The notes: generated by a model from the letters alone, not told the origin. A stretch of DNA of 64,000 nt from Gammaproteobacteria bacterium (GCA_030431775.1 JAUIHW010000003.1:109190-173189), one strand, 5' to 3'. Positions 18,545 through 29,387 are shown, numbered from the stretch's first letter. Numbers and translations are program-made.

Positions 18545-19693
18545 ATGCGGCTGAAAGACTGCTACAACACTGAACAATTTCGTCTGCTTGCCAAGCAGCG
18601 CCTGCCCTCACCCATTTTCCACTACATCGATGGTGCGGCCGACGATGAGATCACTTACCGGCGTAACACAAGCGCCTATGAAGACTGCGATCTGGTGCCG
18701 AATGTGCTGGCCGGGGTAGAAGAGATCGACCTGTCGACCACCGTGATGGGTAAAACCATTGACCTGCCCCTGATGCTGTCACCAACCGCCCTGCAGCGCC
18801 TGTTTCACCACGAAGGGGAGCGCGCCGTTGGCCAGGCGGCGCAGCAGTTCAATACCTGGTTTGGCATTTCCTCGCTAGGCACCATCAGTATTGAAGAGGT
18901 GGCGCGAACCATCTCCTCACCTAAGATGTTTCAGCTTTATGTACATAAGGACAAGGGCCTGAACGAGAGCATGATTCAGCGTTGCAAGGATGCCAACTTC
19001 GATGCTATCGCACTCACCGTCGATACGATTGTGGGCGGCAACCGCGAGCGTGACCTGGTCACCGGCTTCACCTCGCCGCCACGACTGACCCCGCGTAGCC
19101 TGCTGAGTTTTGCGTTGCACCCAGCCTGGGCGCTGAATTATTTCCTGCGCGAGAAGTTTGAGCTGTCGCAACTGAAAGACTATGTGGACGAGGGCACCAA
19201 TATTCAGCTGTCGGTGTCGGACTATTTCACCAGCATGCTGGACCAAAGCATGACCTGGGAAACCGCCGAGAAGATTAATGCACAGTGGGGCAAGCAATTC
19301 TGCCTGAAGGGTATCATGTCGGTTGAAGACGCCAAACGCGCCGTGGACATTGGAGCGACCGCCATCATGATCTCTAACCATGGCGGCCGGCAATTGGATG
19401 GCTCACGCTCACCATTTGACCAACTTGCCGAGATCGTAGATGCCGTTGGCGACAAAATCGAAGTAATCTGCGACGGCGGCATCCGCCGCGGCAGTCACGT
19501 GCTAAAAGCGCTGTCACTGGGCGCCACCGCCTGCTCCGGCGGGCGCCTGTACCTGTACGCCCTGGCCGCGGCCGGCCAGGCCGGCGTGGAAAAAGCGCTG
19601 GGCAACTTCAGGACCGAAATTGAACGCGATATGAAGTTGATGGGCGCCAAGTCCGTGGCCGATCTGGGACGTGGGAATTTGCGGTTTCGGTAA
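18545..19693 (+). CDS. FMN-dependent alpha-hydroxy-acid dehydrogenase/oxidase (LldD / mandelate dehydrogenase family)
   Basis: The start MRLKDCYN.. is at 18545. LPSPIFHYIDGAADDE, FQLYV, ISNHGGRQLD and CDGGIRRGSHVLKALSLGA are present. Confidence 0.9.
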   Translation: MRLKDCYNTEQFRLLAKQRLPSPIFHYIDGAADDEITYRRNTSAYEDCDLVPNVLAGVEEIDLSTTVMGKTIDLPLMLSPTALQRLFHHEGERAVGQAAQQFNTWFGISSLGTISIEEVARTISSPKMFQLYVHKDKGLNESMIQRCKDANFDAIALTVDTIVGGNRERDLVTGFTSPPRLTPRSLLSFALHPAWALNYFLREKFELSQLKDYVDEGTNIQLSVSDYFTSMLDQSMTWETAEKINAQWGKQFCLKGIMSVEDAKRAVDIGATAIMISNHGGRQLDGSRSPFDQLAEIVDAVGDKIEVICDGGIRRGSHVLKALSLGATACSGGRLYLYALAAAGQAGVEKALGNFRTEIERDMKLMGAKSVADLGRGNLRFR

Positions 19694-19708
19694 TTTAGAC
19701 GCAGCCCT

Positions 19709-20197
19709 TCATGCCCTGGGCTTATGTTCAGCACCAAGCATCCCCACCGGCACCCCATCGCTGTTACTGTCCAGGTGGCCAACCCCTGGCACAAAGTTGA
19801 CTTCAATGCGAATACCATCCGGGTCTTCAAACAGCACCGAGTAATATCCGGGGGCAAAGTTGTCTTCCTGGGCGCCGTGCACCAGGGTCGCGCCCGGCAG
19901 AGCCGGGACAAACTCTGCAATAGCATCGATGTCTTCCCGGGCTCGAGCACGCAGGCAAAAATGGTGTAATCCAATGCGACGCTGCTGGAACGCATCGTAT
20001 TCCTCAGTTTCGCACGCCGGGGTAAGGCAAATTCCGGTGCGGCTGCCGACAGCGTAAAATGCCAGGCCGGGCTCATCGGCGATCACTTTCATATCAAAAA
20101 ATTCGAACAGCGGTTTGTAAAATTCGCGGGATTTTGCCACGTCTTTGACGGACAACTGGATATGCGCGATACCATTGAGTTTCATTAGCTTTTCCAA
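19709..20197 (-). CDS. VOC (glyoxalase/bleomycin-resistance/dioxygenase) family protein
   Basis: Overall pattern: GIAHIQLSVKDVAKSREFY..GLHHFCLRA..DPDGIRIEVNF. Confidence 0.6.
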   Translation of the reverse strand: MEKLMKLNGIAHIQLSVKDVAKSREFYKPLFEFFDMKVIADEPGLAFYAVGSRTGICLTPACETEEYDAFQQRRIGLHHFCLRARAREDIDAIAEFVPALPGATLVHGAQEDNFAPGYYSVLFEDPDGIRIEVNFVPGVGHLDSNSDGVPVGMLGAEHKPRA

Positions 20198-20291
20198 TCA
20201 GGCACTATAAGAGGAAGCAGTATAAACTGCCGGCTGCCTTGCTTGTATGCCTGAGCTGGCGTTGAAACCCTGAGCACTATTGAGAGTCAGT

Positions 20292-21575
20292 ATGAGATTT
20301 TTCACCCCACGGCGCGCCATTGTGTTTGCAATAATCCCTTTGCTGCTTGTATTACAAGCGCAAGCGCAAGGCTTACCAATGGTAAAAGCCAGCGAAGTGG
20401 GCATGTCACAACAAGCCTTACAACGCATCAACGAGATGACCGCACGTAATATCGAGGCCGGGAAGCATGTGGGTTATGTGACGATGGTGGCACGCCACGG
20501 CAAAATCGTTCATTTTGAAGCGGCGGGAACAACCGGCCTTAATAGCAAGCAGAAAATGCAGAAAGACTCATTGTTCCGTATTTTCTCCATGACCAAACCG
20601 GTCACTACGGTTGCCGCAATGATGTTGTACGAAGATGGCTTGTTTCAGCTGTCAGACCCCGTCAGTAACTACATACCAGAATTAAAGGATCTGGTGGTGT
20701 TCGCAGAAGACGGTGAGCACACACCCGCACCGGCGATCACTATAGAGCAACTGATGACTCATACCGCCGGTTTCACCTACGGTTTTACCCGTGACCACCC
20801 CGTGGACGCGCAGTATCAGGATGTGCAGCTTTTGCGCAGCGGCTCCAGCGATGAGTTTATTAAAAAACTGGCCGCCATACCGCTGCGCTTTGAACCCGGC
20901 ACACGCTACTTTTACAGTGTGGCCACGGATGTTCTGGGCGTCCTGGTCGAGCGGCTCAGTGGCCAGACGCTGGCGGAGTTTTTTGCCGAACGGATTTTTC
21001 AGCCCCTGGGCATGCAGGATACTTTTTTTGAGGTGCCAGAAAACAAACTCCCGCGCTTCGTCACCAATCATGTCTGGGACTATGACGCACAGAAAATCAG
21101 CCTGATTCCGCCAGAGCGGCGCAATGACTATCAGAATGTTGCTGTATATTCCGGAGGCGGTGGGCTGGTATCCACAGCCATGGATTATATGATTTTCTGC
21201 GAAATGCTGCGGGCGGGCGGTATGTACAACGGCACCCGTCTACTCAGCCCAAAAACCGTGCAGTGGATGACCATGGACCATCTGAGCGAACAGGTGCGCA
21301 AGCACGGTGCAGATGAATTCCCCAGCATGCACCTGTACCCCGGCCAGTCCTTCGGTCTTGGCTTCGGTGTCATCATAAAACCCGGCCTGAGTCAGGTGGT
21401 CTCGTCCAAAGGCGAGTATTCCTGGGGTGGAGCCGCCGACACCAAGTTCTGGATTGACCCGGAGGAGGACCTGGTCGCCATTATCCTGACCCAGCTGATG
21501 CAGTCACCCTGGGAAACCCGCCATGAGATGAAAGTGGCGACTTATCAGGCACTGGAAAAGTTGGCCGGCGACTAA
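20292..21575 (+). CDS. Secreted serine hydrolase, beta-lactamase (class C / EstB-like) family
   Basis: The signal peptide is MRFFTPRRAIVFAIIPLLLVLQAQA. The SxxK motif occurs in FRIFSMTKPVT. A YSxx motif and a C-terminal W/GG region (YSWGGAADT) are also present. Confidence 0.85.
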   Translation: MRFFTPRRAIVFAIIPLLLVLQAQAQGLPMVKASEVGMSQQALQRINEMTARNIEAGKHVGYVTMVARHGKIVHFEAAGTTGLNSKQKMQKDSLFRIFSMTKPVTTVAAMMLYEDGLFQLSDPVSNYIPELKDLVVFAEDGEHTPAPAITIEQLMTHTAGFTYGFTRDHPVDAQYQDVQLLRSGSSDEFIKKLAAIPLRFEPGTRYFYSVATDVLGVLVERLSGQTLAEFFAERIFQPLGMQDTFFEVPENKLPRFVTNHVWDYDAQKISLIPPERRNDYQNVAVYSGGGGLVSTAMDYMIFCEMLRAGGMYNGTRLLSPKTVQWMTMDHLSEQVRKHGADEFPSMHLYPGQSFGLGFGVIIKPGLSQVVSSKGEYSWGGAADTKFWIDPEEDLVAIILTQLMQSPWETRHEMKVATYQALEKLAGD

Positions 21576-21672
21576 CTCAACGCATCATTGAGTTCGCTGA
21601 CTCCAACAGACAGCGAACCGGCCACTAAAATGTTACGCTAAGCACAGATAGTCCGTTTCTCAGGGAAAGACA

Positions 21673-24117
21673 ATGTCAGCTTTACTGTTTCTGCTCATCG
21701 TGCTCATTGCTAATGCCTGCCTGGCCTTTAATCGCGTCGGCCTGAAGCCCTTTGCTATCACTAATGTGGTGCTGCTCCTCGTTTACCTGGTTTTTGTTGA
21801 ACAGGCCTTTTTGTTGGGCGTTTTATTGGTTTTGCTGGCAGGTATCGGCGTTTTTCTTAACTTTGCGCCCCTGCGCCAGAAACTGTTGAGCGGCCCATCG
21901 TTTGGCATCTTTAAAAAAGTATTGCCGACCATGTCGACCACCGAAGCTGAAGCGTTAGAAGCCGGCACAACCTGGTGGGAAGGAGAGCTGTTTACTGGCA
22001 AGCCAGAGTGGGGCAAGTTACAACAGCATCCGAAGCCGGCATTGTCCGAGCGAGAGCAGGCGTTTATTGATGGCCCGGTGGAAGAGCTGTGCGGCATGCT
22101 TGATGACTGGACATTCTGCGAAGAATATGCCGATCTGCCGGATGAAGTGCTGGACTTTATTCACAAGCATAAGTTTCTCGGCATGATCATTCCGGAAGAG
22201 CACGGCGGGCTGCACTTTTCGGCTTATGCGCAAACCCGAGTGCTCACTAAAATCAGCGCAGTCAACGGTATTGCGGCGTTCTACATTGCCGTGCCCAATT
22301 CGTTGGGCCCAGGCGAGCTGCTGATGAAATATGGCACAGATGAACAACGGCAGCATTACTTGCCGCGCCTGGCAGATGGACTAGACCTACCGTGCTTTGG
22401 CTTAACCTCGCCGAGAGCCGGCTCAGACGCAGGCGCGATTCCCGACACTGGAGTCATTTGCGAGAGCGAATTTGAGGGCGAAAAGGTTCTCGGCATCAAG
22501 CTGAATTTCGATAAGCGTTACATCACCCTGGCACCCGTAGCAACCGTAATTGGCCTGGCGTTCAAGATGTATGACCCAGACAATTTAATTGGCGACGAGG
22601 AGGAGCTTGGCATCACCTGTGCGCTGATTCCAAGCCATCTTGACGGTATTGAAATTGGCCGGCGGCATGCACCGGTCGGTACGCCGTTCCACAACGGCCC
22701 GATCAAGGGCAAAGACGTATTTATTCCAATGAGTTACGTGATCGGCGGCCAGGAGATGATCGGCCAGGGCTGGAGAATGCTGGTTGAATGCTTGTCGGTG
22801 GGCCGCTGCATTACCCTGCCATCGGTTTCCAATTCGGTTGGCAAAAACGTGATTGCCACAACCGGCGCATACACCGCCATTCGCCGGCAGTTTAATTCTG
22901 CGATTGCCAATTTCGAAGGTATTCAAGAGGCTCTGGCTCGTATTGCAGGTTTCAGCTACATCATCGAGTCAGCGGTTAGTGTCACGGCAACAGCCATTGA
23001 CAGTGGCGAGAAGCCGTCAGTGCCGTCGGCCATTTTGAAATACCATTGCACCGAAATGGCGCGCACCATTCTCAACGATGGTATGGACATCAATGCCGGC
23101 AAAGCCGTGATTCAGGGGCCGAAGAATTACATCGCCAACCTGTATTCGAGTTTTCCGGTAGCAATAACAGTGGAAGGTGCAAATATCCTGACGCGCAGCC
23201 TGATTATCTTTGGTCAGGGCGCAATTCGTTGCCACCCCTACGTGCTACAGGAAATGGAAGCCGCTGCCGGCGATGATCTGGAGCAATTTGACCACGCTCT
23301 GTTCGGCCACATCGGCTTCGCGATCAGCAATGTGGTTCGCTCGCCGGTTCTGGCCGTGTTTGGGCGCTTGCTTCCATGTCATGGTGACCAGTTCAGCAAA
23401 CCTTACTATGCCGCCTTGAATCGCTACAGCGCGAGCTTTGCTGTAGCAACTGATATAGCCATGCTAACCATGGGCGGCAGCCTCAAATTCAGGGAAATGA
23501 CATCAGCCAGACTGGGCGACTTGCTGAGCACACTCTATCTGGCGTCAATGGTATTGAAGCACTATGAAAACGAGGGCTCGCCCGAGTGTGAGCAGCCCTT
23601 TGTTAAATACGCTTTGGATCATCTGCTGCACACCTTTGAGCAGCAGTACAAGCGGTTTGCTAACAATATGGGTGTGCCGGGTGTAGGGCCAATGCTGAAG
23701 TTAATCGCCTTTCCGGTCGGCTCACATCGTAAACCTCCTGCGGACACTACAATCAAGACAGTCGCCAACTCGGTCAGCCGGCCCACAGAAGCCCGGGAGC
23801 GTATTATGGCCGGCATTTATGCGACCAAAGACACCCCCGCGGGCAAAATGGGCGAAGTGATGGCGATGGTCTACGAATACAATGAGCTCGGCAGGAAAAT
23901 TCGAGCAGCGGTAAAAGACGGAAAGATTACCGACGTGGTTGGCTACCGGCAAATTAACGAAGCTGAAGAAGTGGGCGTATTGAGCAAAGAGGAAGCGGAC
24001 AAGGTACGCAAACTGGATGACGCCCGAATGGAGTTTATCCACGTTGATGATTTTGCCTACGATGAAATTGGTCGTAACCCGCTGCGCGAAAGTTCCTGGA
24101 CGCGTTCTGGCAAATAG
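21673..24117 (+). CDS. fadE: Large acyl-CoA dehydrogenase FadE (N-terminal membrane segment plus C-terminal DUF1974-type extension)
   Basis: The protein is 814 aa with N-terminal hydrophobic helices. ..GMIIPEEHGGLHFSAYAQTRVLTKIS.., ..FGLTSPRAGSDAG.. and ..IITVEGANILTRSLIIFGQGAIRCHPY.. are present. Confidence 0.9.
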   Translation: MSALLFLLIVLIANACLAFNRVGLKPFAITNVVLLLVYLVFVEQAFLLGVLLVLLAGIGVFLNFAPLRQKLLSGPSFGIFKKVLPTMSTTEAEALEAGTTWWEGELFTGKPEWGKLQQHPKPALSEREQAFIDGPVEELCGMLDDWTFCEEYADLPDEVLDFIHKHKFLGMIIPEEHGGLHFSAYAQTRVLTKISAVNGIAAFYIAVPNSLGPGELLMKYGTDEQRQHYLPRLADGLDLPCFGLTSPRAGSDAGAIPDTGVICESEFEGEKVLGIKLNFDKRYITLAPVATVIGLAFKMYDPDNLIGDEEELGITCALIPSHLDGIEIGRRHAPVGTPFHNGPIKGKDVFIPMSYVIGGQEMIGQGWRMLVECLSVGRCITLPSVSNSVGKNVIATTGAYTAIRRQFNSAIANFEGIQEALARIAGFSYIIESAVSVTATAIDSGEKPSVPSAILKYHCTEMARTILNDGMDINAGKAVIQGPKNYIANLYSSFPVAITVEGANILTRSLIIFGQGAIRCHPYVLQEMEAAAGDDLEQFDHALFGHIGFAISNVVRSPVLAVFGRLLPCHGDQFSKPYYAALNRYSASFAVATDIAMLTMGGSLKFREMTSARLGDLLSTLYLASMVLKHYENEGSPECEQPFVKYALDHLLHTFEQQYKRFANNMGVPGVGPMLKLIAFPVGSHRKPPADTTIKTVANSVSRPTEARERIMAGIYATKDTPAGKMGEVMAMVYEYNELGRKIRAAVKDGKITDVVGYRQINEAEEVGVLSKEEADKVRKLDDARMEFIHVDDFAYDEIGRNPLRESSWTRSGK

Positions 24118-24206
24118 CCGGCAGCACGCAAGCATAAAAGCAGCTCACTTGGCGTTTTGAACATACAGCATCAACCGGGCAGGCTCACAGCTGACTTCCA
24201 GGTCGG

Positions 24207-24821
24207 TCACGAATTCTGGCCAAATATAGCCTGGTGCCAAACTTGCGTTACTATCTGCGCGGCCTCGTCAAGCGGCACAGTGGTTTGCTGCAATTCTTCG
24301 TGGGCATACCAGCAGTAAGCGGATTGTTCCACCATAGAAACCATACTTTCCACTACCCGCCTGACCTGAACCTTGCCAACCTTCGTGATACCGTGCACTT
24401 TCTTCAGGGCATAGACATATCGGTCTATGTGGCGCTCCCGCATTTGCCACCAGATATCGCGGTCACGCTGGTCCACTGTGACCGCCTCAAACAGTGCGCG
24501 CATCAGGTCTCGGTTTTGGTAATAGCAGCCCAGGTAGCCCCGATTCGCTTCCAGCAGAGCCTGGTAGGGCTCGGTGGCAAAATCACTTTCCGCCGTGGCG
24601 GCCTGGTACAGGTCTTCATGCACGTTGGCTATCAGGTTGGCAAATAAGTCCTCCTTATTCTGGAAGTAGCGATACAAGGCACCCATGGACAAACCAGCCT
24701 CGACCGCCACATCACCCATGCGCATGGCCACGTAACCGTCGTGCGCAAAAATGGTGCGTGCCGCTGCCAGAATATTCTCGCGCGTCTTTTTGCCTTTGGG
24801 GGTTAAACTGTCTTCGCCCAT
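24207..24821 (-). CDS. TetR/AcrR family transcriptional regulator
   Basis: RENILAAARTIFAHDGYVAMRMGDVAVEAGLSMGALYRYFQNKEDLF is the HTH. Confidence 0.9.
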   Translation of the reverse strand: MGEDSLTPKGKKTRENILAAARTIFAHDGYVAMRMGDVAVEAGLSMGALYRYFQNKEDLFANLIANVHEDLYQAATAESDFATEPYQALLEANRGYLGCYYQNRDLMRALFEAVTVDQRDRDIWWQMRERHIDRYVYALKKVHGITKVGKVQVRRVVESMVSMVEQSAYCWYAHEELQQTTVPLDEAAQIVTQVWHQAIFGQNS

Positions 24822-24885
24822 CGATTCTAGCTACCTTTCAGTACAGGCGGAATTTTAAACCCAGGCCTGAGCAATGCAATCCTGC

Positions 24886-25683
24886 TTATGTAAAGCAGGC
24901 CCGGCCGTTCTTAAGCACTTCAGTGCCGCCGGCACTGGCGGAAAAAACCAGCTCCCCGGAACTGGTTTTGCCTGCGCTGATCGTCATTTGATCGCCGGGG
25001 AATACCGGAGCAGCCAGTTTGGCTGATAAGGATTGCAATGCAGTTGGCCGGGCATTCACCGCCTCGGCACAGGCCCGCGCCACTATACCCAGGGTGCACA
25101 GCCCATGCAGGATCGGGCGCTCAAAGTTATTACTTTTTGCTGTCTCCGGATCAATATGAATGGGGTGTCGATCTCCAGTCAAACGATACAACGCTGCCAG
25201 ATTGGTACTGGTTCTAAATGCTGTGCTCCAGCTTGGCTCTAGCTCGACCGGTGGCTCGCTGGCAGGGCCACGCTCTCCGCCCCAGTCACCGATGCCAGGC
25301 AGGAAAATGGTGTAGTTTGCGGTAAACACCTCCGAGGCCACCTCAATATCCACCACGGTCGCCCGCCCTTTATCCCACACGGCCTGCACCGATGCATTGG
25401 ATCTGATCGGACCGGTTGTGGGCATCGGTGTATGCATTACCAATGATTGCGAAGCGTGCAGGGACTGAGTTCTGTCATAGGCGCCCAGGTTTCCTGCCGC
25501 TTCCACTGCCCACAGGCCTAACGCACAGGCATAGCCTGGAAGCACCTGTAGATCACGCTCATACACCAGCTGCAAATCATCCGCGGGTGCGCCGACTGCC
25601 AGGGCGTAGAGGATCGCATCGCGCTCATCGTACTCAAGGTTGCGGCTTCCCAGATCATAACCGACCAGGTCTTTCAGGTGCAT
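24886..25683 (-). CDS. Double hot-dog MaoC-type (R)-specific enoyl-CoA hydratase (hydratase-2-like)
   Basis: The N-terminal hot dog (..DERDAILYALAVGA..) is followed by a C-terminal MaoC motif YRLTGDRHPIHIDPETAK..ILHGLCTLG. Confidence 0.8.
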   Translation of the reverse strand: MHLKDLVGYDLGSRNLEYDERDAILYALAVGAPADDLQLVYERDLQVLPGYACALGLWAVEAAGNLGAYDRTQSLHASQSLVMHTPMPTTGPIRSNASVQAVWDKGRATVVDIEVASEVFTANYTIFLPGIGDWGGERGPASEPPVELEPSWSTAFRTSTNLAALYRLTGDRHPIHIDPETAKSNNFERPILHGLCTLGIVARACAEAVNARPTALQSLSAKLAAPVFPGDQMTISAGKTSSGELVFSASAGGTEVLKNGRACFT

Positions 25684-25713
25684 TTTTGGTCTCCCCTTCC
25701 AACTGCTGATTGT

Positions 25714-26451
25714 TCATTCGTGAAGCTTTTGTTTGGCCTTAAGCAACGCGCTCCGACGTTCCGGTGAGTTCAGCCTCATCCGTCGTTGAACCTGCCAATA
25801 TTCCGCATCATAAGTACCGACGAAGATCGCATTCAGCATCTGCTTGCTGGCTGTCATGGCGGCGCTGTCATTATGTTCCGCCAGTTGAGCAAGCGCTTGC
25901 GCTTCGCCTAGCGTCTCTCCGGGTTCGGCAAGTCTGGAAAGCAGGCCACAGCGCAGCGCCTCCTGCGCATTCAGCCGCTCACCAAGAACCAGCAAGCGAA
26001 ACAATACATCACGCGGGTAGTGTTGGGCCCAGCGCACCACCGATTCAGGATTATAGAGCAGGCCAAGACGGGTTGCCGGAACCTGGAAGAACGCCCCGGT
26101 CGAGGCGATTCTCAGATCGCAGGCGAGCGATAAATCCACTGCAGCACCCAGACAAAACCCTTCCACTGCAGCAATAACCGGTACTGACGTTGCAGCAATG
26201 GCGGAAACCGCATCATCTATGGCATCGTCCACCTGCTGATCCCGTGCATCACCTTCCAGATCCCGCAAGTCAGCGCCGGCGCTGAAGTACCCGGTGCCAC
26301 CTGTAAGGATCACCGCGCGCACCGAGTCGTTTACTTCTGTGCGCAAGGTGCTGGCAATCTGCTTCAGTAAATCAACAGACAAGGCATTGCGCGCGTCAGG
26401 CCGATACACTTGCAGTTGCAGCACAGAACTTTGGTTCGACACCCGTAGCAT
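25714..26451 (-). CDS. Enoyl-CoA hydratase/isomerase family
   Basis: VILTGGTGYFSAGADL..AAVEGFCLGAAVDLSLACDLRI is present. Confidence 0.85.
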   Translation of the reverse strand: MLRVSNQSSVLQLQVYRPDARNALSVDLLKQIASTLRTEVNDSVRAVILTGGTGYFSAGADLRDLEGDARDQQVDDAIDDAVSAIAATSVPVIAAVEGFCLGAAVDLSLACDLRIASTGAFFQVPATRLGLLYNPESVVRWAQHYPRDVLFRLLVLGERLNAQEALRCGLLSRLAEPGETLGEAQALAQLAEHNDSAAMTASKQMLNAIFVGTYDAEYWQVQRRMRLNSPERRSALLKAKQKLHE

Positions 26452-26454
26452 CTT

Positions 26455-27843
26455 TTATGCGAGCCTCCCGGGCCATTGCGCGTGCATTGCCTCATAAGTA
26501 AAACCCAACTCATGCTCCAGTCGTTCCGCGACATCCAGCAACAGTGCGTCGGCCCACATCGGCGCCACCAGCTGCAGGCCAACCGGCAGCCCCTGAACCA
26601 GCCCGCAAGGGATACTGGCAGCCGGGTTGCCTGCCACGTTGAACGGCGCAGTACAGGGAAACGCGCCCCATAACCAATGCACATCCTGGCCATCAATACA
26701 GTCTGGGCGCTGAGCAACCGGAAAAGCAGGCACCGCTGTGGTCGGCAGAAGGATAATGTCAAAATGTTCAAACAGCTTTTCAATTCGGCTGCGGTACAGT
26801 TCGTGCTCACGTTGGGCTGTTCTCACCTGGGCCTCGCTAAGCTGAGCGCCATACTCCAGCGAGCGTCGTTCATAGCCAGTCAATAACTCAACCTGTTCGA
26901 GCAGAAGCTTGCCGCGCTCACGGTGCTCATTGCTGAGCACCAGCGGGTTAAAAGCCGGTTGCCAGCCGGCCAGCTCCAGATCAAACGACGTCAGTTGGTA
27001 GCCCAGCGTCTCAAAGTGGCGCGCGGCCGCTTCCACCGTTGCCAGCAGCCCGGCGTCATGCGGACAGCCATCCGGTTGCAGGCACAGACCGAGGCGCAGG
27101 TCGGCAGGCAGCTCCTGACGAATAAACTCTGTGTCCGCCAGTACCGACAACATCAGGCGCGCATCAGCAACACTTCGGGCAAACGGCCCCGGAGAAATAA
27201 AATCGCTCATGGCATTCAGCCCACCCTCGTCCGAGCACAACCCATAACTGGGCTTGAAGCCGAACACCCCGGTAAATGCTGCCGGGATACGGATCGATCC
27301 CCCACCATCAGCGCCGACGGCCATTGTTGCCAGGCCGGCAGCAACCGAAGCGGCTGCGCCACCACTGGAGCCGCCTGCGGTGCGCCCCAAATCCCAGGGG
27401 TTGCGAGTATCATCAACGAAGCGGTTTTCGGCGGTAGCCGATTGCGCGAACTCCGAGGTGTTGGTGCGCCCGCAGAATACCGCTCCTGCCTGGCGCAAGC
27501 GACGCGTTACGCCGGAATCAGCGGCCCGGAGATTGTCTCGATACGCCAGTGATCCGTAACTGGCCACATGGCCTGCAATGTGAAAGGTGTCCTTGATTGA
27601 GACCGGTATTCCACTCAGCGGTGCGGCCGTTCCCGCCCTCCACGCTGCTTCAGCGGCCCGCGCCTGCTCGCGGGCAAGTTCATCGGTTCGGCCAAGAAAC
27701 GCCTGCAATTCGCCATTGAATCGGTCAATTCGGGTCAGCGCTTCGTCAACGACCTCCAGCGGTGACAACAGGCGCTGGCGGTAAGCCGCCTGCAACTGCC
27801 CGACCGACCAGAACAGAGGCGATGTACTTGGTAAATCAGCCAC
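26455..27843 (-). CDS. Amidase (amidase-signature family)
   Basis: GGSSGGAAASVAAGLATMAVGADGGGSIRIPAAFTG is present. The start is uncertain: the track ATG at 27903 overlaps the upstream SDR by 68 nt, while GTG at 27843 gives an 8-nt overlap and a typical N-terminus. Confidence 0.85.
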   Translation of the reverse strand: MADLPSTSPLFWSVGQLQAAYRQRLLSPLEVVDEALTRIDRFNGELQAFLGRTDELAREQARAAEAAWRAGTAAPLSGIPVSIKDTFHIAGHVASYGSLAYRDNLRAADSGVTRRLRQAGAVFCGRTNTSEFAQSATAENRFVDDTRNPWDLGRTAGGSSGGAAASVAAGLATMAVGADGGGSIRIPAAFTGVFGFKPSYGLCSDEGGLNAMSDFISPGPFARSVADARLMLSVLADTEFIRQELPADLRLGLCLQPDGCPHDAGLLATVEAAARHFETLGYQLTSFDLELAGWQPAFNPLVLSNEHRERGKLLLEQVELLTGYERRSLEYGAQLSEAQVRTAQREHELYRSRIEKLFEHFDIILLPTTAVPAFPVAQRPDCIDGQDVHWLWGAFPCTAPFNVAGNPAASIPCGLVQGLPVGLQLVAPMWADALLLDVAERLEHELGFTYEAMHAQWPGRLA

Positions 27844-28594
27844 CGGGACACACCCCACCGCTGACACCGTACACCTCGCCTGTGATGTAACCGGCTCGCT
27901 CACTCACCAGAAAGGATACGATGTTGGCGATATCCTGTGGTTCCCCCACCCGTTCCAGAAGTGATTTGTTTTCGATATAGCCGGAAAAGAAATCGTCCGG
28001 GTAGATCTTTCGCAGAAAATCGTTGTAAATAAGACCGGGAGCCACCGCATTTACACGTATGCCATGTTTGCCATTCTCGGCGGCAGCAACCCGGGTGAGC
28101 GCGTGCACACCCGACTTTGCTGCCGAGTACGCGGCACCATGTTCTTTGGAAGTTTCCCAGGCCGCGATCGAGGAAATGTTGACGATGGCGCCACTGTGCT
28201 GCTCGATCATTTGCGGTAACGCATGACGCATGCAGTTGAAAGTACCGTTAAGGTCAACGTCAATGCAACGTAACCAGGTTTCACGATCCATTTCAGCCAG
28301 CGGCGCAATCTTGCTCCACCCTGCGTTATTCACTAACACATCCAGCCGGCCCTTTCGCGCGACCACGTCGTTAACCACCTCGCCAACTCGATCAAAGTCA
28401 GTCACGTCCAGGGCATAGGCCGCGAAACTGGTGCCACATTCCTGACCCAGTTGCTCGGCGAATTCAGCGGCACGCCGCTCATGCGCGTCAGTAATCACCA
28501 CATCCATACCGTCCTGCGCGAGCTGACGCGCCACGGCAGCGCCGATGCCGGCACCTGCGGCGGCAGTCACCAAAGCCACTTTTGCTGTTGTCAT
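27836..28594 (-). CDS. SDR family oxidoreductase
   Basis: KVALVTAAAGAGIGAAVA, NNAG and YSAAKSGVHAL are present. Confidence 0.9.
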   Translation of the reverse strand: MTTAKVALVTAAAGAGIGAAVARQLAQDGMDVVITDAHERRAAEFAEQLGQECGTSFAAYALDVTDFDRVGEVVNDVVARKGRLDVLVNNAGWSKIAPLAEMDRETWLRCIDVDLNGTFNCMRHALPQMIEQHSGAIVNISSIAAWETSKEHGAAYSAAKSGVHALTRVAAAENGKHGIRVNAVAPGLIYNDFLRKIYPDDFFSGYIENKSLLERVGEPQDIANIVSFLVSERAGYITGEVYGVSGGVCPGG

Positions 28595-29382
28595 ACCGAT
28601 TCCCCTGTTCGTAATGCGTGTTTTAAGGTGTCGATGTAGCTCTCCGGTTGGTCGATACTGACCAGGTGGCCGGCCTCGCCTATTTCCACATAGTGGGCTA
28701 CCGGCAGATGCTCGAGCATGATGTCAGCCGCCTTGCGCGGACAAAAGACATCCTGGTCCATGCCGATGACCGTAGTGCGGCACTGAATCCGGTCCAACAG
28801 CGGAGTCAGTTTGTCATTGTGCATGCCGATGATGGCCTGCGCGGCATTGACGTAGCCGCGGCCATCACCGATCGCAGCAAGGCGCCGTTTGGCCACCGTG
28901 CTGTGGTCCACATCAGGGCTCACTATTTGAGCCGCGGTATCGCTGCCCAGTGCGTCACTGAACGCGGCGAAGTCACTCATTATTAATTGCAGGCGCTGCT
29001 GAAACAGCTCAACCGCCGCACTCCCAACCACCGTGGACGTACCAACCACAATCGCATGCCTGATCAGCTCAGGCCGTTGTAAAGCGGCCTTAAGAACAAT
29101 GGTGCCACCTAACGAGTAGCCTATGCATTGCGCCGGCCCACTCACAGCTTCCAGAAACCCACACAAGTCTGCGGCCAGCTGGCCCAATGTCCCGCTCGGC
29201 TCGCCCAGGGCAGACTCACCATGGCCGCGCAGGTCAAGCGCATAGGTCCGGTATCCGGCCAGTCCCTCCTGCACCTGGGCGAAACTGTTTTTGTCCTCAG
29301 CCAGGCCGTGCAAAAGCACTACGGGTGGGCCTTCGCCCTTCTGGGAAAAGCTTATTTCAAGGTCGTTAATTAGCTGCTTCAT
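28591..29382 (-). CDS. Alpha/beta-fold hydrolase
   Basis: PPVVLLHGLAEDKNSF, the nucleophile elbow GYSLGG, and a C-terminal GHLVSIDQP (His) are present. Confidence 0.85.
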   Translation of the reverse strand: MKQLINDLEISFSQKGEGPPVVLLHGLAEDKNSFAQVQEGLAGYRTYALDLRGHGESALGEPSGTLGQLAADLCGFLEAVSGPAQCIGYSLGGTIVLKAALQRPELIRHAIVVGTSTVVGSAAVELFQQRLQLIMSDFAAFSDALGSDTAAQIVSPDVDHSTVAKRRLAAIGDGRGYVNAAQAIIGMHNDKLTPLLDRIQCRTTVIGMDQDVFCPRKAADIMLEHLPVAHYVEIGEAGHLVSIDQPESYIDTLKHALRTGESV

Positions 29383-29387
29383 TTGGT